Shown: in pieces, positions 13,668-27,462 of the stretch
How the letters are laid out: each line of letters starts with the position of its first letter
Position numbering within the stretch: the first letter of the stretch is position 1
Assembly (NCBI GenBank): GCA_052327205.1
Contig: CM126222.1
Location: 74,214,001-74,278,000, forward strand
Reading direction: 5' to 3'
DNA length: 64,000 nucleotides
From: Somniosus microcephalus
Taxonomy: Eukaryota
Program-made: the position numbers and the translations under genes
Notes under the pieces: generated by a model
The model's input: only the letters and a program-made list of their open reading frames with translations
Databases searched by the model: none
What the model was told of the DNA's origin: nothing

Positions 13668-16600
13668 TAATTACTTTTGAAATGTAGTCACTGTTTTGCA
13701 TGTAAATGCAACAGCCAATTTGTGCATAAGGTCCCACAAACAGCAATGAGGTGAATGCCCAATTAATTTGTTTTTGGTGGTGTTGGTTGCCGAATAACTG
13801 TTAGTCAGGACACTGAGTGAGTTCCCCTCCTCTTTGAATAGTGCTATTGCATCTTCTATGTTCACCCGAGAGAGCTTATGGGAGCTTGGTTTAACACCTC
13901 ATCCAAAAGATGGCATCTGTAACAATGCAGAAATCTTTCAATACCGCACTGAAGTGTCAGCCCAGATTATGTGCTCGAATTCTGGATTGGGTCTTGAACC
14001 CACCACCCTCTTACTCGGGTGAGTCTGCTACCATTGATCCAAGGCTGACTAACACCATCAAAATCAGATAGACTGATGATGGGTTTGAAGTTTAATTCAA
14101 AGTCAAACAGCACACCAGGATTTTGCACCATCTGGTTCAGACTAAGCTTGTGGCCCGAGAGGGTGGTTGGAGTCTGTTGCAAGGGGATTGAGCTGATGGG
14201 GGCCAAAAATGATGGTCTCAGTATCTCCCGATTTTCTTGGATGAGTCAAAATAGCCTTCAAAGACTTAATGTCAGATTGGCAGTCTGGCAGCACGTGTGG
14301 TTGTGGGATCAAGGGAACTGGTTGAGCTGTCCTAGAAGAGCAGCAGATCAATGAGGAATGAGTTGGGAGTGCCAAAGGTGACTGTGTGAGACAACAAACC
14401 ATATTTTTATAGGGTTCATTGTGTAAGTAAAAAGTCTGCTTTACAGGGAAACCGAGAAACCTGGCAGAGCAGGAAAAAGCGATTTGCAGCAGACGTGGAG
14501 AAAGGTGGAACAGAAAGTAGTAAACTGGTACATGTCCAAATCAATGACATTTCAGGGAGGATTGAAGTCAGGACAAGAGAGAGAGAGAGGAATATCATGA
14601 ACTAAAAACCAGAGAGAACAGCAAATGGACAGAGATCAGAGATATCGATCAGAAAGACCTGGCACAGATGATGCATTAGCGAGACGAAGGGATCAAATGA
14701 GAGTATGACAGGGGGATGTGGGATTCAGACAGATAGGTCATGGTAACAAAATTGGAGAAAAAGATTACAGGGTGAGAGGATTCATTGTAAGCATCTAGTA
14801 TTGAGTAATTTATAACCGTTGACAAATGCTGCTCCAATCGCTCAGTAGGTAAATACTCTGTCTAATGTGGTACTGGATCACAAAGGAAGATCCTATGTTC
14901 AAAACCTGGTTTGTGCTGAATTTGTTGATTTTCAGTTAAGGTACCATTGGCTGCCACTGCTCTTGGGCAGGGGGTAAGCACTTGGATCATTGTTTCTGCT
15001 CACTGGTTCTTGCTGAAAAGTGTTTGCATGTAGTTAATTGAAAGGGAGCAGGAACAGGCTTGCTTTCATGCTCTTCAAATTATAGCCTACTGGTGCCCAC
15101 AGTCTCTAACCTTCCAAATACATGAATGTTTAGTTGGGTGAGGTGCTAGTGTCTAGGGCTAGAATTGGGACTTTCAGGGAGAGGTGCGGAGAAATTTGGT
15201 AAAACAGAAAATAGCAAAAGAATTAAATCCATATTAATCCATGGTTTTATCTTTGCGGCACAGTTTTCTACAAAATCTCTGACCAGACTTCTAGGCTTGT
15301 TATCTGCTTCTTTGCACTAGTTCACATATTTGACTTGTGTCCGTTACTCGCGATTTCACCCTTCCCATCTTTTTTTTTTGTCAATCGTAAAAAAATCTCC
15401 TGCGTCCCTTTTTCGGTTCTGATGAAGATTCTCTACCTTTTCTTTGAAAAGCCAGTGGACCTGCTTAGGGTTTCCTGCATTTTCTATTTTGACTGTTAGT
15501 ATAAAGAAATAAACATAGTGGTTACTTGAACAAAACCTTTTCTGGTTTCCTTGTTCCAAAGTCCTTGAACATGTTGTCTCCCAAATCTAGCTCATCTGAA
15601 TCTCTCTGATCAGGTTTCTGCCCTTGCACCAAAATGACTGTAACCAAAAGTCAAGTGGCATCCACTGTGTCTGGTGCATTATCCCTCCACCTCACTACAG
15701 CTTTTGACACTGTCAACCACACCATCATCCTCCAACGCAGTGGCTCCCAGTCCCCCAATTGAAAATTCTCATTCACATGTTTAAATCCCTTTATGGTCTC
15801 GCCACTCCCCATCTCTGTAACCTTCTCCAGCCCTACACCCCTGAACTCTTCATTTCTCTGGATCCTGCCTCTTGTACAGCCCCTACGATCATTGGTCGTG
15901 CTTTAGCTGCCTAGGTCCCATGCCCTTCCGAAGCGCAGCACCCCCCCCCCCCCCCCAAAAAAAAAAACCTGCCTGGCCCTCTTCATCCCCCTCTCCTTAA
16001 AACCAAACTTTTGGCCACCACTCCTAAAATCTTCTCCTTTGGCTTGGCATCCATTTATTTCTGATTGTGCCCATGTGAAGGGCCTTGGTACTTTTTTACG
16101 TTGAAGATGCTACATAAATGCAAGTTGTTGGTATTTGAAAATCTGAAAGCTTTTGCTACATATGTTATACCTTGTTTACTGTGGTACTTTCATGACTACA
16201 CCTCCTCCATATGTTGCATTGTAGTCTTTGTACATAGGCAGTGGAAAATCAATGCAGTTTGTCATTGTATCTCCCAATTTATTCACTATGGTACATACTC
16301 AGAAGTGGGCTTGCTCGTGCTTGGACCTTGGACTGAATTACAATTTGGTATCTTTATGGGGAAAGTTTTGGTTGAAGGCAAACTGCTTGAGCTTTCTGAA
16401 AGCCCAGAGATTAAAGTACTGCAGACTAGTACTAAGTTACACAGACACAAGTGGCTGGTTTACTTTTTCTGGTCTCTGCTTCAGTAGCTGAACTCGGACT
16501 AGGCAGCAATTGGAGTGCTACAGTTGGTGTTTGTTTCCTTGGGCCAGGGAGGAGAGCGTTCTGCTGGAATTTACATTCTTGATACTTGGTGGAAAGTATT

Positions 16601-16756
16601 AATGTCTGATGCAGGTAGGATCTGGAATGCCCCTCAGTCAGTCTGCCAGCATTAGAGTCCAGGTTAACACGTGAATAATGCCAACTTAAACCGAGGACTG
16701 AATCCCTGAGTACATAGTCGGTGCTTTCAGGAGATTAATGGAAGACCGAAGGAAAG

Positions 16757-17145
16757 AACTTGAATTTTTAGTCCCTTTCTTGCTCACAGGCTGCCACAAA
16801 GCACTTCACAGCAAATGAATTACTTCTGAAGTGCCATCACTTATGTAGGAAAATGTGGCAGCCAATTTACACACAGCAAGGTCCCATAAATAGCAATGAG
16901 ATGAATTACCAGCTAATCTCTTGGTGTTGGATGTTGGCCAAGACATTGGGGGCCATTTACATCTTTAACAGGCATACGGGGCTTTGCTTCCAAGTCGCAT
17001 CTGAAAGACTGCATTTATGACAATGCCACACTCTCCGTACTGTACCGCGTGTCGGTCTAGATGATGTATCAAGTCCTGTAGTGGGGGGTTTGAAGCCATG
17101 ACCCCCTGATTCAGGTGCGAGTGCTACCCACTGAACCAAGCTGAC
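16757..17145 (-). mobile_element. Deu-domain SINE
   Basis: aatgtggcagccaatttacacacagcaaggtcccataaatagc core and tRNA-like head ending ccactgaaccaagctgac. Confidence 0.75.
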
Positions 17146-18554
17146 ACTTAAAAGGAAGTGCGGATTGCTTGTTCAGTCCAACCACTGGGTGGTTGTGTGT
17201 CCTTTTTAGGTGTAGTGCAGTAAGCGAGAACCTGCTGCGGACAAAGTATTAAGTTGCTGTGTAATACCAAGACATGAACCATTCTGAAAATGTGAAGATT
17301 ACACAAGAATGTTTTCGCCAAGGTCGTGCGGTTTGTTTCAACAATCTTGCAGTTGTGCTTTACAAACAGCAAGGTTTCACAAATAGCAATGAGATGACTG
17401 ACCAGTTAATCTGTTAAAAATGTTCTGATGGATGATACATCGCAAAGAGTAAATCTCATCTGAGGGTGTAGTATTGAAGTGGTTACCTGTGGAAGTCATC
17501 AACCCACAATAAGTTAATTTTCTTTGACACTTCATGCTAAGCAAATCTGTTGCTCACCTTGTTTTTACAAATCTCATGGGCACTGGTCAACTTTTCTATC
17601 TTGTAAGATGGATGTGTGCCAAATCCTTTTTAATACTTTTACTGAACCATCTGCTGAAATTAGATGCAGAATCTTTCCCTCGTTGAGCTAGCGACTCTAG
17701 TGTTGCCAGAGACTTGGCATGATACCAGGACACTATTGAGAAAATGGCACTTAAGCCAGTGTTGTTTTTCTTTCTCCATTGTTCTCCTGAAGGCACTGGT
17801 GCTTTGCTGGAGTGTGGTTTCACAGGTGCTGCCTGTACTTTGGTACTTTGCCCTAGTGGTCATTGACTATTCGTGTCAGCAAGGAGTTTAATATCACAAT
17901 AGAAGAATTCAATTCACTTCCTGCTGAAGACTTATGACCAAAATTTTAAAACAATGTTAAGCTGGAAATGGATCAAAAGTTAAATAGAAATGTGTTGCAG
18001 CAAAATGAAGCACAGTAACTCTCAGAATAAGATATTCAGGTAAGTGGAGTAACCTGTAACCCGCTTAAAAAAACAAACAAACTGGGAGGTGGATAGATGA
18101 TCTTCAGTGGTTTTTCGCACTGTCTGATGTGAAGTAATTCATTGGCTGTAAAGCATTTTGGGATGTCCTGAGGACGTGGAAAGTACTGCAGTATCTGAAC
18201 GTTTTCTTTCGGGAACTCTTGCGCTTGCACGCTCTTTCCTTCCAAACAAGGTGTAAATTCCAATTGTTGAATTGCTTGTTCACCTTTCAGTTCTGATAGG
18301 TTGGAGCCTGAAATGTTAAATATCTGTTTCCTCCAGAGATGCTGACTGACCTGTGTGTTTCCAGTAAATCCTATTTTTATTTCAGATTTTTAGCATGTGC
18401 ATTTTCTTTTTCTACATGGCACTGTTCAGACTGGCAGAATCTAAGCTGAGTGGTGAATATAGCAGTTAGAGGAAATTTCACCAAGATTTAGTAGGTCAGT
18501 GAACTTTCTGTACCAGCAACTGGTGCTTAATAGACATTTTTTTAATTGTTGCAG

Positions 18555-18623
18555 GAAAACCTTTAAAGTGAATGATATGCTGGCCAAAGTAGAGAAGATG
18601 AGGGGAGAGCAGGAATCTCCCAG
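18555..18623 (+). CDS. SUZ12: SUZ12 coding exon (human exon 4 equivalent, 69 nt)
   Basis: ttgcag|G...CCCAG|gtaaga; translates (R)KTFKVNDMLAKVEKMRGEQESP(S), matching SUZ12 [22 protein letters not shown]. Confidence 0.96.
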
Positions 18624-21003
18624 GTAAGATTGGTTCACAGTGATTGAAAATGTTGTGCACTTTGACATGCGGTGTTTCTTGACCCTTAATATTTTCAGTG
18701 GAACCCTTCCAGCACATTGTACAAACCCAAGCACTACAGACTCTGTGTTTTCCACTATCTAACTGCAGATCGGGAAGGTAGGGGAGAGAAAGAAAGAGAG
18801 CAGAGAGGTTGTTCGAGGAGAAACTGTTCAACTGTTGATTTGCCAGATCTGTTAAATGGTAAAATGTGTTTAATTGGCTGGCAAACCTAGACATGTCACA
18901 GTTAATTAACAACCAGTGGGAACAGTGTATAGGCTGGAATATTATCACTCTTGAGAATTGGGGAATATTTTTCTTGTACACTTTTTGCAGTAAGTTTCTG
19001 CTTTTTCTCTCCTTCCTTCCCCTGATGTAATATTTCATAGTTATCAGTTGCCAATTGTTACATTTCTGCAATCTTAGTTCAAATTGTGGGCTCCATAAAC
19101 ACCTGGCCCCTTATTTGAGAGTCCATAATTTTTATGCTAGGAATTATGTTCTGTGAATTTTTTTTAAAGGCAACAATGTTGCTTGTTCTTGAGGAACCAC
19201 TTCAGAGTATAATAAATTGATATGAATTACCGACATTAATAGACAATGGCTCTCAGCCTTCTAATTTCATTGCCATATTATCAAGGAATGTGACACATGG
19301 GTGTCAACTGAAACATTTTTATTTCATTCAAGTAATTGTGTATTTAAAAAAAAATTAGCAGAATATCATTGGTGCTTGAAAATTCCCTTTGTCTCTAGTA
19401 ATTACCGATAGTTTCAATGGGCCACAAGGTTAATTTGAGCATTCTCCCCTTGTTCCTTATGTTAATTAAAAAAAATTCATACATGACTGCTGGTTCTGAG
19501 GTTGTGCAATAATGGATCAGCGGTGAAAATTAATATTGGCAAATGGCATTAGGCAGAAATCTAGATGTTTGGCTGAGAGGAGGGCCCTGAGCAATCTCGC
19601 CAGTAGAAATTGAATGTCAGACATGCACGAGAACGGGCTTGGGTGTGATGCCCTCCACATTCATAGCCTGACGATACTTTTTGTCAAAGCTTGTGTATGA
19701 GTGATAGTCACCTGGGAAAGGTACCAGAGAGCAACTGTGGAACTGTATCCCAGTGATGAGTCAACGCTTACAGGTGAGTAGAGGAAGTTTGTGCTGGAAA
19801 AATTGTCGATAGGAGAAAAAAAATTAAATTTTCTGTACAAATTGCATCCTCACTGAAAGTTACATTTTCCTAATCTGAACTAATCAGTGAGTGGAGCTTG
19901 GAAGTATTGTTAAGTCCTAATCATACTCTCCAGAAACTCACCACCTCATTGTCCGGTTGATGTTTCGATTCGTAATGAAAGCGTGATCTAATGCTGATTT
20001 TTATCATCAAAAGTGGGTCAAGAACAAATCCCATTTCCCCTCATTTGTTAATTTTGCAGTTTTCATTACAGTAAGCTATATATACTGTAGATATTTAAGC
20101 TAGTAAGTTTATTGCCCAACCTAATGATTATGGATGCAGGAGTGGGAAGGGGAATTGGGTTGGAGAGGTATGATGGCGCAACGTATATGCAGAAAACAAG
20201 TAAGGTTGGGAATGGAAATGTGAATAAATGAGTACCATCAAATTTTTGTTTCTGATCAGGACTCGGTAACTATAAAACCTAACTTAATTCATTAATGTAC
20301 AGCCTGCTTGTTCAGTCTTGGAACATGGGAAAAGACAGTTGCAACTCGCCTAGCTGGTCCCAGTGCTTAAGCTATATGATACTATATACTCTTGTATCCT
20401 CAATTTATTTCCTTTGTCTAAAAACCATATAACTCTATTTTGATTTTGCACATTATCTGTCTCACAGGACAGTCTGTACCACATGTTGATTACCTTCCTG
20501 TAAAGTAGTTAATTCCAGACTGTTAAGCATGAGAGTTTGGGCCAAAGCTAATCCCTCCAGTACCTCAACTTACCTACCTTGGCATCCAGCAGTCAATGTG
20601 GCTGATCTAATTGTTCTACTATGGCCTGTTCTTTTGATTGCGATGTAAAAATCGGGTAGATGGAGAGTATTAAACTAAACAGTTCTGATTGATTGAGCAA
20701 CACGTGACCTGGATTTTTATATTACACAGGAAAGTGGCGTTCTGTTTATACAATTAAGTATAACAATTTTTCCTACTTGCCGAGTGTATTTGTTATAATT
20801 GGCTTCGTAGAATGGGAACAGAACCTGGCAACATCCACTTACGGAGTTGCAATGCCGGCTGTTAATGGCGCTATTACAAAGGTTAATTGTTGCTTTTACA
20901 AGATGTATTGCAGTGACGGTGTGTTTTATTATGTAATGGGTTGCTGTTTGTGTACAAGTATTCCTGCGCTGCAAGCAAATTAATTTTTTAAATTTTTCTC
21001 CAG

Positions 21004-21053
21004 TTTGACAGCTCATCTGCAACTTACATTTACTGGTTTCTTCCATAAAAATG
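21004..21053 (+). CDS. SUZ12: SUZ12 exon 5 equivalent (50 nt)
   Basis: ctccag|T...AATG|gtatgt; LTAHLQLTFTGFFHKN. Confidence 0.96.
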
Positions 21054-21583
21054 GTATGTATATTAGTTATACTGTTGGGTACAGGGAAGTTCCCTGTTAA
21101 GTGGCATTACTCAATGTAATAATGGTTATATACCCTCGCAAAATTCCACCTACTGTGTTTTTGTACAATGTGTGTCATCTCCAGTAAGCCTGTGTTGTGG
21201 AGGAGGAAACCTGGTTCATAGTTGGAACCAAGGTAATCCTTGCATCAATATTTTCACTTAAAGTTCATGTTTATATCGAATGTCGGTGTGTAATATAAAT
21301 GAGAATATGATGCATAATTGTACGTGTGTCCCACTCATGACATTATGCAGAACGCACCCACTATTCATTTGAGAGTTCTCATGGTTAGCTCACAGGCAGA
21401 ATATGAATCTCATCCTCCCCATATGATTGGTAACCTTGGCGCATGGACTTGAGACCTGGCTGGAATTCAGGCATTTAATTATTGTGCATGCGTCTTTTAT
21501 ATACTGCCTGGAAGTAGCTTTTCTAAATTGCCATTTTCTCCTCGCTTTCTAACCTGACTTCCAGTTTTTGTGCATGAATTTTA

Positions 21584-21683
21584 TAAAAACCTTTTGGTCT
21601 GCCAGTGTTAAAAACCTTTTGGTCTGCCAGTGTTAAAAACCTTTTGGTCTGCCAGTGTTAAAAACCTTCTGGTCTGCCAGTGT
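21584..21683. repeat. Tandem repeat, 4 x 25 bp
   Basis: TAAAAACCTTTTGGTCTGCCAGTGT x4, one substitution in copy 4, no spacers. Confidence 0.97.
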
Positions 21684-24600
21684 CCATGTATTCCTTTGGG
21701 AAGTAGGTGAACATTTCTTTTTTAATTGAAAGCCAGATTAATTGGGTGATTCCAATTGTTTGCTGCTTAAGGCAGTGAGTAGCTGAGCCATGCGGACCAG
21801 GAGGGTCCCAGGTTTGTGCTGAATTCGCTCAGCTATGTTCTCCATAATATTGGTCTTGGTGCTCCTGGTTTAGAAAGAATTAGCCACGGTTACAGTTCTT
21901 CATCATTATCCCGTGACCTCTGAAAGTGGGCGTTGTATGAGGGCAAGAAATGGGTCAGGCTCACCTGTGCATTTGAATATGCTGCCATTTGCACATGGAG
22001 CAAGGCCACTTGGGAAAAGTGACTGGTGTCTATATCTTAGCAAGTGGTGAAGGAGAGGAGAAGATGGTGGGAAAAGGAATAATGGGAACAAAAAACAGAT
22101 CAAGTGAAATGGATAACAGGAAGTCAATGCCTGGAGGTAATGTTAGTTAGGCAAAGGTGGCTTCTAGTTGGCATTTTTAATGTTGAAGGAATTTCCATGA
22201 GGCCAGTGAGCAACTGCACTGTTGGTGGGTTGGGAAATTGGTTAGTGTTCCTCCTTCTGATAGCTGTTCAACTACCTCTGCTGGGTGTGCAGATGTTGGG
22301 TGAGGACAGAATTGGGCTTTGTGATAAGTTTTTGGGTTCTTTTACCCTTTTTATTCGATATTTTTGTCTTCCATGCTTCAGCCCTGGCTCCTTGCATCCT
22401 GTGGCGTGTTTTCACTTGCCCTGATAACTAGGTAAAGTGTATAGCATATGCAGGATAACAAGCATAGAAATAAAAACAGATGATGCTTGAAAAAAAAACT
22501 AGTCAGGCCAGGTATCTGTGGAGAGATGATGAGTTGTGACATTTCAGGTGTGCATCCAAAGACTGAAAGATGTCATGTTTTGGTATGGTTTGGGGATGGG
22601 GATGGGGGCCGGGTGCCGTGGTGGTAATTCGTTAAATCGCCTACAAACTGTTTAATGAACCACTGGATGGAACCACTGGATGTAAACTATCAGTGAGATG
22701 ATGCAGAGATATAAAAAGGACACAACAATGTGGCGTGGGAAAGTGAAAAGACGAGGTTCACGCAAACAAAAATGAGAACATAAACAGGATTTCCAGCATC
22801 TGTCATTTTTCTTATAACCAATAGATCTTTTTTCTTTTAAATTACTTCTGCCTGCCTCCATCCCATAACTCCGCAGGATTCTCCTCGTCTTTGAGAGGTG
22901 GGGAAGTGACGTGGGAGCTTTTTATTTGGGCTTAAAATGCCAAATGAATTCCAGTAAATAGACAAGTGAATTGAAGCTGAAACACATTTTGTCATTGTGC
23001 TGATAGCTCAACTCTAGTTGACAATTTTTCCATCTTTTAATCCTTTCCTCCTATGGAGATTTAATTTATCTATATTCTCTTCTGAGATTCCATTAATTTT
23101 CTTCGAAGACTGCAGTTCAAATTCATCGATTTGAAAAAGGCAGGTTGATAAGTCCCTCTGAAGCAATAACCAGTCAAGCAGAATTACAAATTACCATCTG
23201 TTAAATTCAAAAAGCTGACAATCAAACACCTATTTGAGCAAATCACACGTTTGTATTGGATTGTCATTGGCGTCCCCTCAGGCAAATTGCCCAGTAACCT
23301 GCAGCTTTGTATTGAGTTAAGCTAGGTGTGATTTCTGTAAATAAAGCTGACTTTAACGCTAGTGCTGTGACCAAATCTAAGGAGCTGATACCAGACTGAA
23401 ACTTGTCAAAAATGGGTCTTATTCATTCCTCCTTCTCTTCTCCCCCCCCCCCCCCCCCCCGCCCAACACACATTCACTAATTGAGTTTCAGTTCCAGCGT
23501 TTTGACACTTGTGCAGACCAAAACTGCATTAATCCCTGAAACAATAGTCTCAGCAATCTTGTTTTAAGAACCATGACCATGCTGGGTGACCCTGTATCCT
23601 TGCAGGGTGATGCCCCTTGCGATAGATGCACATTTTTGTCACAAGTTTCCAGTAAGTGCACACAGTGTGGTTAGACTATGTAGCAAATTCAGTCCTGGAT
23701 AAGTTTGGTTGTAACTTCTGCAGCATCCAGATTAAGCTTCAAGGTTCGTTTTCAATTGTTGAACCATCTTTCTCTTGTGGCAATAGCTTGTGACTTTAAC
23801 TGCCGCTGGTTATTCCCCATGGTCATTTAACTGGCTCAGTAGAGCAGTGATCTATCGTTGTGTACTGTGAAAACTCAAATCATCAGGACAAGCTAGTTAC
23901 AGGCTCTGTACACAGCATCTTTCATCCTTGTGAAAGTGCTGTAGGCATTAATGGACCAGGTTGGGCTTCACCTTCTGGTGCCAGGTCAGTGAATCGTGTG
24001 ACTGTATTACTACAGTTGGGAATCAGCCCACAATAAGAAGCAGCCAACCCACTGAATGCACCTCTCTCTTCCTTTGCGTGATGACCACCCATTTGCCTGA
24101 TTGGGTATTCTGTGTCCACATGGCGACCTGAGCATACTAATTCACCGGTCGTTACTCTCTGGTTCCTCACCCAATTGGCATTATTCAGATGTGAGATTGG
24201 ATAAGAGTGCTGCCAGTCTATTTATCTGTAAGGGCATCTTAAGCGAGCCTGTTTCTGTCCTTGCCCAAAGTCTGCTGCATTAAGTTCCAGCAGGAGCTCA
24301 GCCAGACCTATTTTCTGGGTACTGAGGCAAATTGTAATGCCCCTACCGTCACCCTGCCTTAGGTCAGTTAACTAAGCTCAGACCAGCAATTATACTCCTC
24401 GATCCTCCCTGATCTGTGTGGCTCAACTACTCATTGGAAAAATACGTTGATCATTTCTCCGCTAAGGTGTTTTATTAAATAGAAATTAGTTCCCAATAGC
24501 ATTAATAAACGTGGCCTCCATTTCCTTGCTTCTCTTGCTCGCCCTCTCTCTCGATAAAGGTGTTTGTTTGCTGCAATGGATTTAAACCAGCACAATCTCA

Positions 24601-25234
24601 AAACTATGGAAATCTAAAGTATAGTCAAACATACTCAAACCTTTCCTGGATTAAGTAAGAGTTCAGGATGCAGTGTGATAAAATCTTTTGTAGTTCAGCA
24701 TTAAATGGGACAGTAGTGCTCTACATTTGTCACTGAGCAGTTGGCATATCACAGCCTAAAATAGTATGTTTCTGGACTCCCAGGTCACAGCATCCTCTGG
24801 ATAAAGGGATGTGCAGAGAACCTGCTACTGTGCCAATATACCTCTTCAGTTCAGCTAGGAGATGCGAGAGGGGGTGAGCTGGGTGACTTGTCCTGATTTC
24901 TCTCTCTTTGTGGGAAATGCCAGTCTTCCACTTGATACCCTGTGACTGCTTGGCAGAGATTGAGAGTTTGCTGTGGAATGGCAGATGCAACCTTGTGTCC
25001 TGATCTGTGGCACGGCATGAAACATTAATGTATTGATTCAACTTAAACTGGTATGTTTTTGTTTTATTTGAATAGGCTAAACTAAACTTAGTCTTTTTGC
25101 CTTGTAGGTAAATCTGAGAGAATAGTACCATATTTAGACAAAGCTGATATTTCAGTTCTTTTTTGATGTACACCAGAATTGTTTCTTAATGAATTGGAAC
25201 TTTAACTTTTTCATTGTTTGAATCTGTTTTGTGA

Positions 25235-25387
<153 letters not shown>

Positions 25388-26479
25388 TAACCTGCGTTGT
25401 CACCTGGGATGCTTCTATTACATTGTGTACTCTTGAAAGTGCAATGTTGATTAGTGAAAACTGTGGCAGCTTTACAAACTTGAATCTCCAATAATCCTGG
25501 TGGATACTTAGATTCTGTACATGAGGATAAATAATGTAGGATGTAATGTTCTGCTTGATTTGACTTTCTGGCAGGGCAGGGAGAAAATTTCCTCTGGGCA
25601 TTGAGTTGGGCAAAGTCCATGATAGATTGGATTATACTGGAATAGATTTGATGACTTAATTGGCCTTCACATTCTCTGCTTACATTTTTATATCTGGCAA
25701 CCAAAGCCACACTTTTCAAGGTCCCGTCCAGCTGACAATCTGTCCACTTTAAACTTGAATAGCCCAAAAGAATCGCGCGTCCACATTGTAACTAATCTTG
25801 TGATTTAGTGAGTGAAACCGTTTGCCGTCTTTACATCCAGGGTGTTAGAAGAAGTCTCTCTTTGCAGTATGTCTCTTCCAATTTCTTCCACTAAGGTTAG
25901 GCAAAGTTGGTTTTGTGCACGTGGCTTTAATACTTTCAGGGGGTTCATTGCCATTGACCTGTCTTGAGAGAATGTTGTATAACTGAAACTCGACTGCTTT
26001 CTCCAGTTTAAATTGACCCATTTGTTCATCCTGATGACGGCCATTCCACCAAAATTATTGGTCACTTTTTGCCCACTTCATTTCCTTTCCTGAACGCACT
26101 GACTGTTACTGGGATACAGCTCCACCAGATATCCCTCTGGTACTTGTCCAAATGCTTATTTATGTATGAGCTTAGAATGTCATCGCAGCCTAGCCTAATT
26201 CAGTCTTCACCCGTTGTCATCACAAATGCGCTTTCCAATAGGAGTTGCTGAAGTGAGCAGGACCAGGAATACTGGATGACTTCCCCCTTCCCTACCCAAG
26301 GATGTGGTGATGGTGCTGTTTTCCACAGTGTTACAATCCTTTCTGCGCATTCCTTGCAACTTTTAAACATTCTTGGTCTTTCGCATCTATGAATTTTAAT
26401 AGATTAAAATTGGTGCGGTCACTTCTGTGGCCATGACCATGGTGAGGGGGGTTCACCCCCCGGTGTTGAGTTGCCAATC

Positions 26480-26720
26480 TCCACAGAGGCGACATGAGGA
26501 AAAATTTTACGCAGCTAGTTATTATCATGTGGCATGTACTGCCTGAAAAGGCAGTGGAAGCAGATTCAATAATGACTTTCAAAGGAGGAATTGGATAAAT
26601 ACTTGAAGGCAAACTTTGGTGCTATGGGGAAAGACCAGGGGAGCGGGACTAATTGGATTGCTCTTTCCGAGAGCTGGCACAGGCACAATGGGCCAAATAG
26701 TCTCCATCATTCTATGATTC
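26480..26720 (+). mobile_element. CR1-type 3' tail fragment
   Basis: gcagtggaagcagattcaataatgactttcaaa...gggccaaatagtctccatcattctatgattc. Confidence 0.7.
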
Positions 26721-26978
26721 ATTGCTGTGGGCAATTCTTGAGCGTAGGTGCGATACTGCTTGGGGAAGAAAAATCAGGCGGGAGGATCTTCCTGGAAATG
26801 TACTCCTAGCAGTGAGCTTACAAATGGTTGAGAGCAGGTGCAGATGCTTTGTTGCCAAAGATGCCTGGGGAGAAAGTGGGGCAATTCACATCCTCTCAAA
26901 AGTACCAAGAAAAAAATTGGCCCTCGGAATTTGTGGTTTGAAATTTTGTAGTGTTCTGTTCCTGCGTTTATCGTCCTT

Positions 26979-27034
26979 AATGGATGCAATCTCTGTTAAA
27001 CTGCTAAATGGATGCAATCTCTGTTAAACTGCTA
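26979..27034. repeat. Perfect tandem duplication, 2 x 28 bp
   Basis: AATGGATGCAATCTCTGTTAAACTGCTA x2. Confidence 0.95.
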
Positions 27035-27375
27035 AAATGTTAAAATGTATCGGCAGTGTATTATAGAAAGATAGCCCTGAAAATTTACTAGCAATAAAAA
27101 CTTCATTCGATTTCCTTTTAAAATTGGTGATCATGTTGCTGGTATAAATTTAGTTTTTATTTAAATGGAGAAACCATGGTAAAGGAACATGGTGCACAGC
27201 ACAAAGTTGAAAAGACTAAATGATGAGGAAAATGAAGTACTGGTTAGGTGGTGGATTTTAACTTTGTTTTGAAGGCTAGATTTTGAGGCAGGTGAGGAGC
27301 TCGATAATTTTGCAGTCCTGTGGAAGAATGAGTGAGACTGGCGTGACTGCACAGCCTGAATACAGAGGTGGAAAA

Positions 27376-27462
27376 GCATCCGATGGAAGGTCATTGACCT
27401 GAAACGTTTACTCTGTTTCTCTCTCCACCTGCTGAGTGTTTCCAGTATTTTCTCTTTCTGTT
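27376..27462 (+). mobile_element. Penelope-like terminal fragment with mutated hammerhead core
   Basis: CCGATGG-A-AGGTCA(T)TGACCT-GAAACGTT-TACT followed by ctgtttctctctccac...tttccagtattttct. Confidence 0.7.

Larger units (their letters stand above)
13131..14049 (-). mobile_element. Deu-domain SINE (SacSINE1-like), interrupted at 13212-13667
   Basis: Reverse complement of the 54683-55115 copy on both sides of the insert. Confidence 0.8.

Noticed and set aside
1-18554. SUZ12 exons 1-3
   Set aside because: I could not find sequence encoding KPTQIYRFLRTRN or PIFLHRTLTYMSHR by eye; presumed upstream of the window, though a miss is possible
18496-19071. 191-aa minus-strand ORF overlapping SUZ12 exon 4
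   Set aside because: Non-ATG start, no recognisable domain, composition typical of intronic noise
21584-21683. 4 x 25-bp repeat as a CRISPR-like array
   Set aside because: Units are contiguous with no spacers, the context is eukaryotic and there are no cas genes; an ordinary minisatellite
26729-26923. Harbinger-like MITE (gggcaatt...aattggccc)
   Set aside because: Terminal match is short and imperfect and there is no TSD; insufficient support
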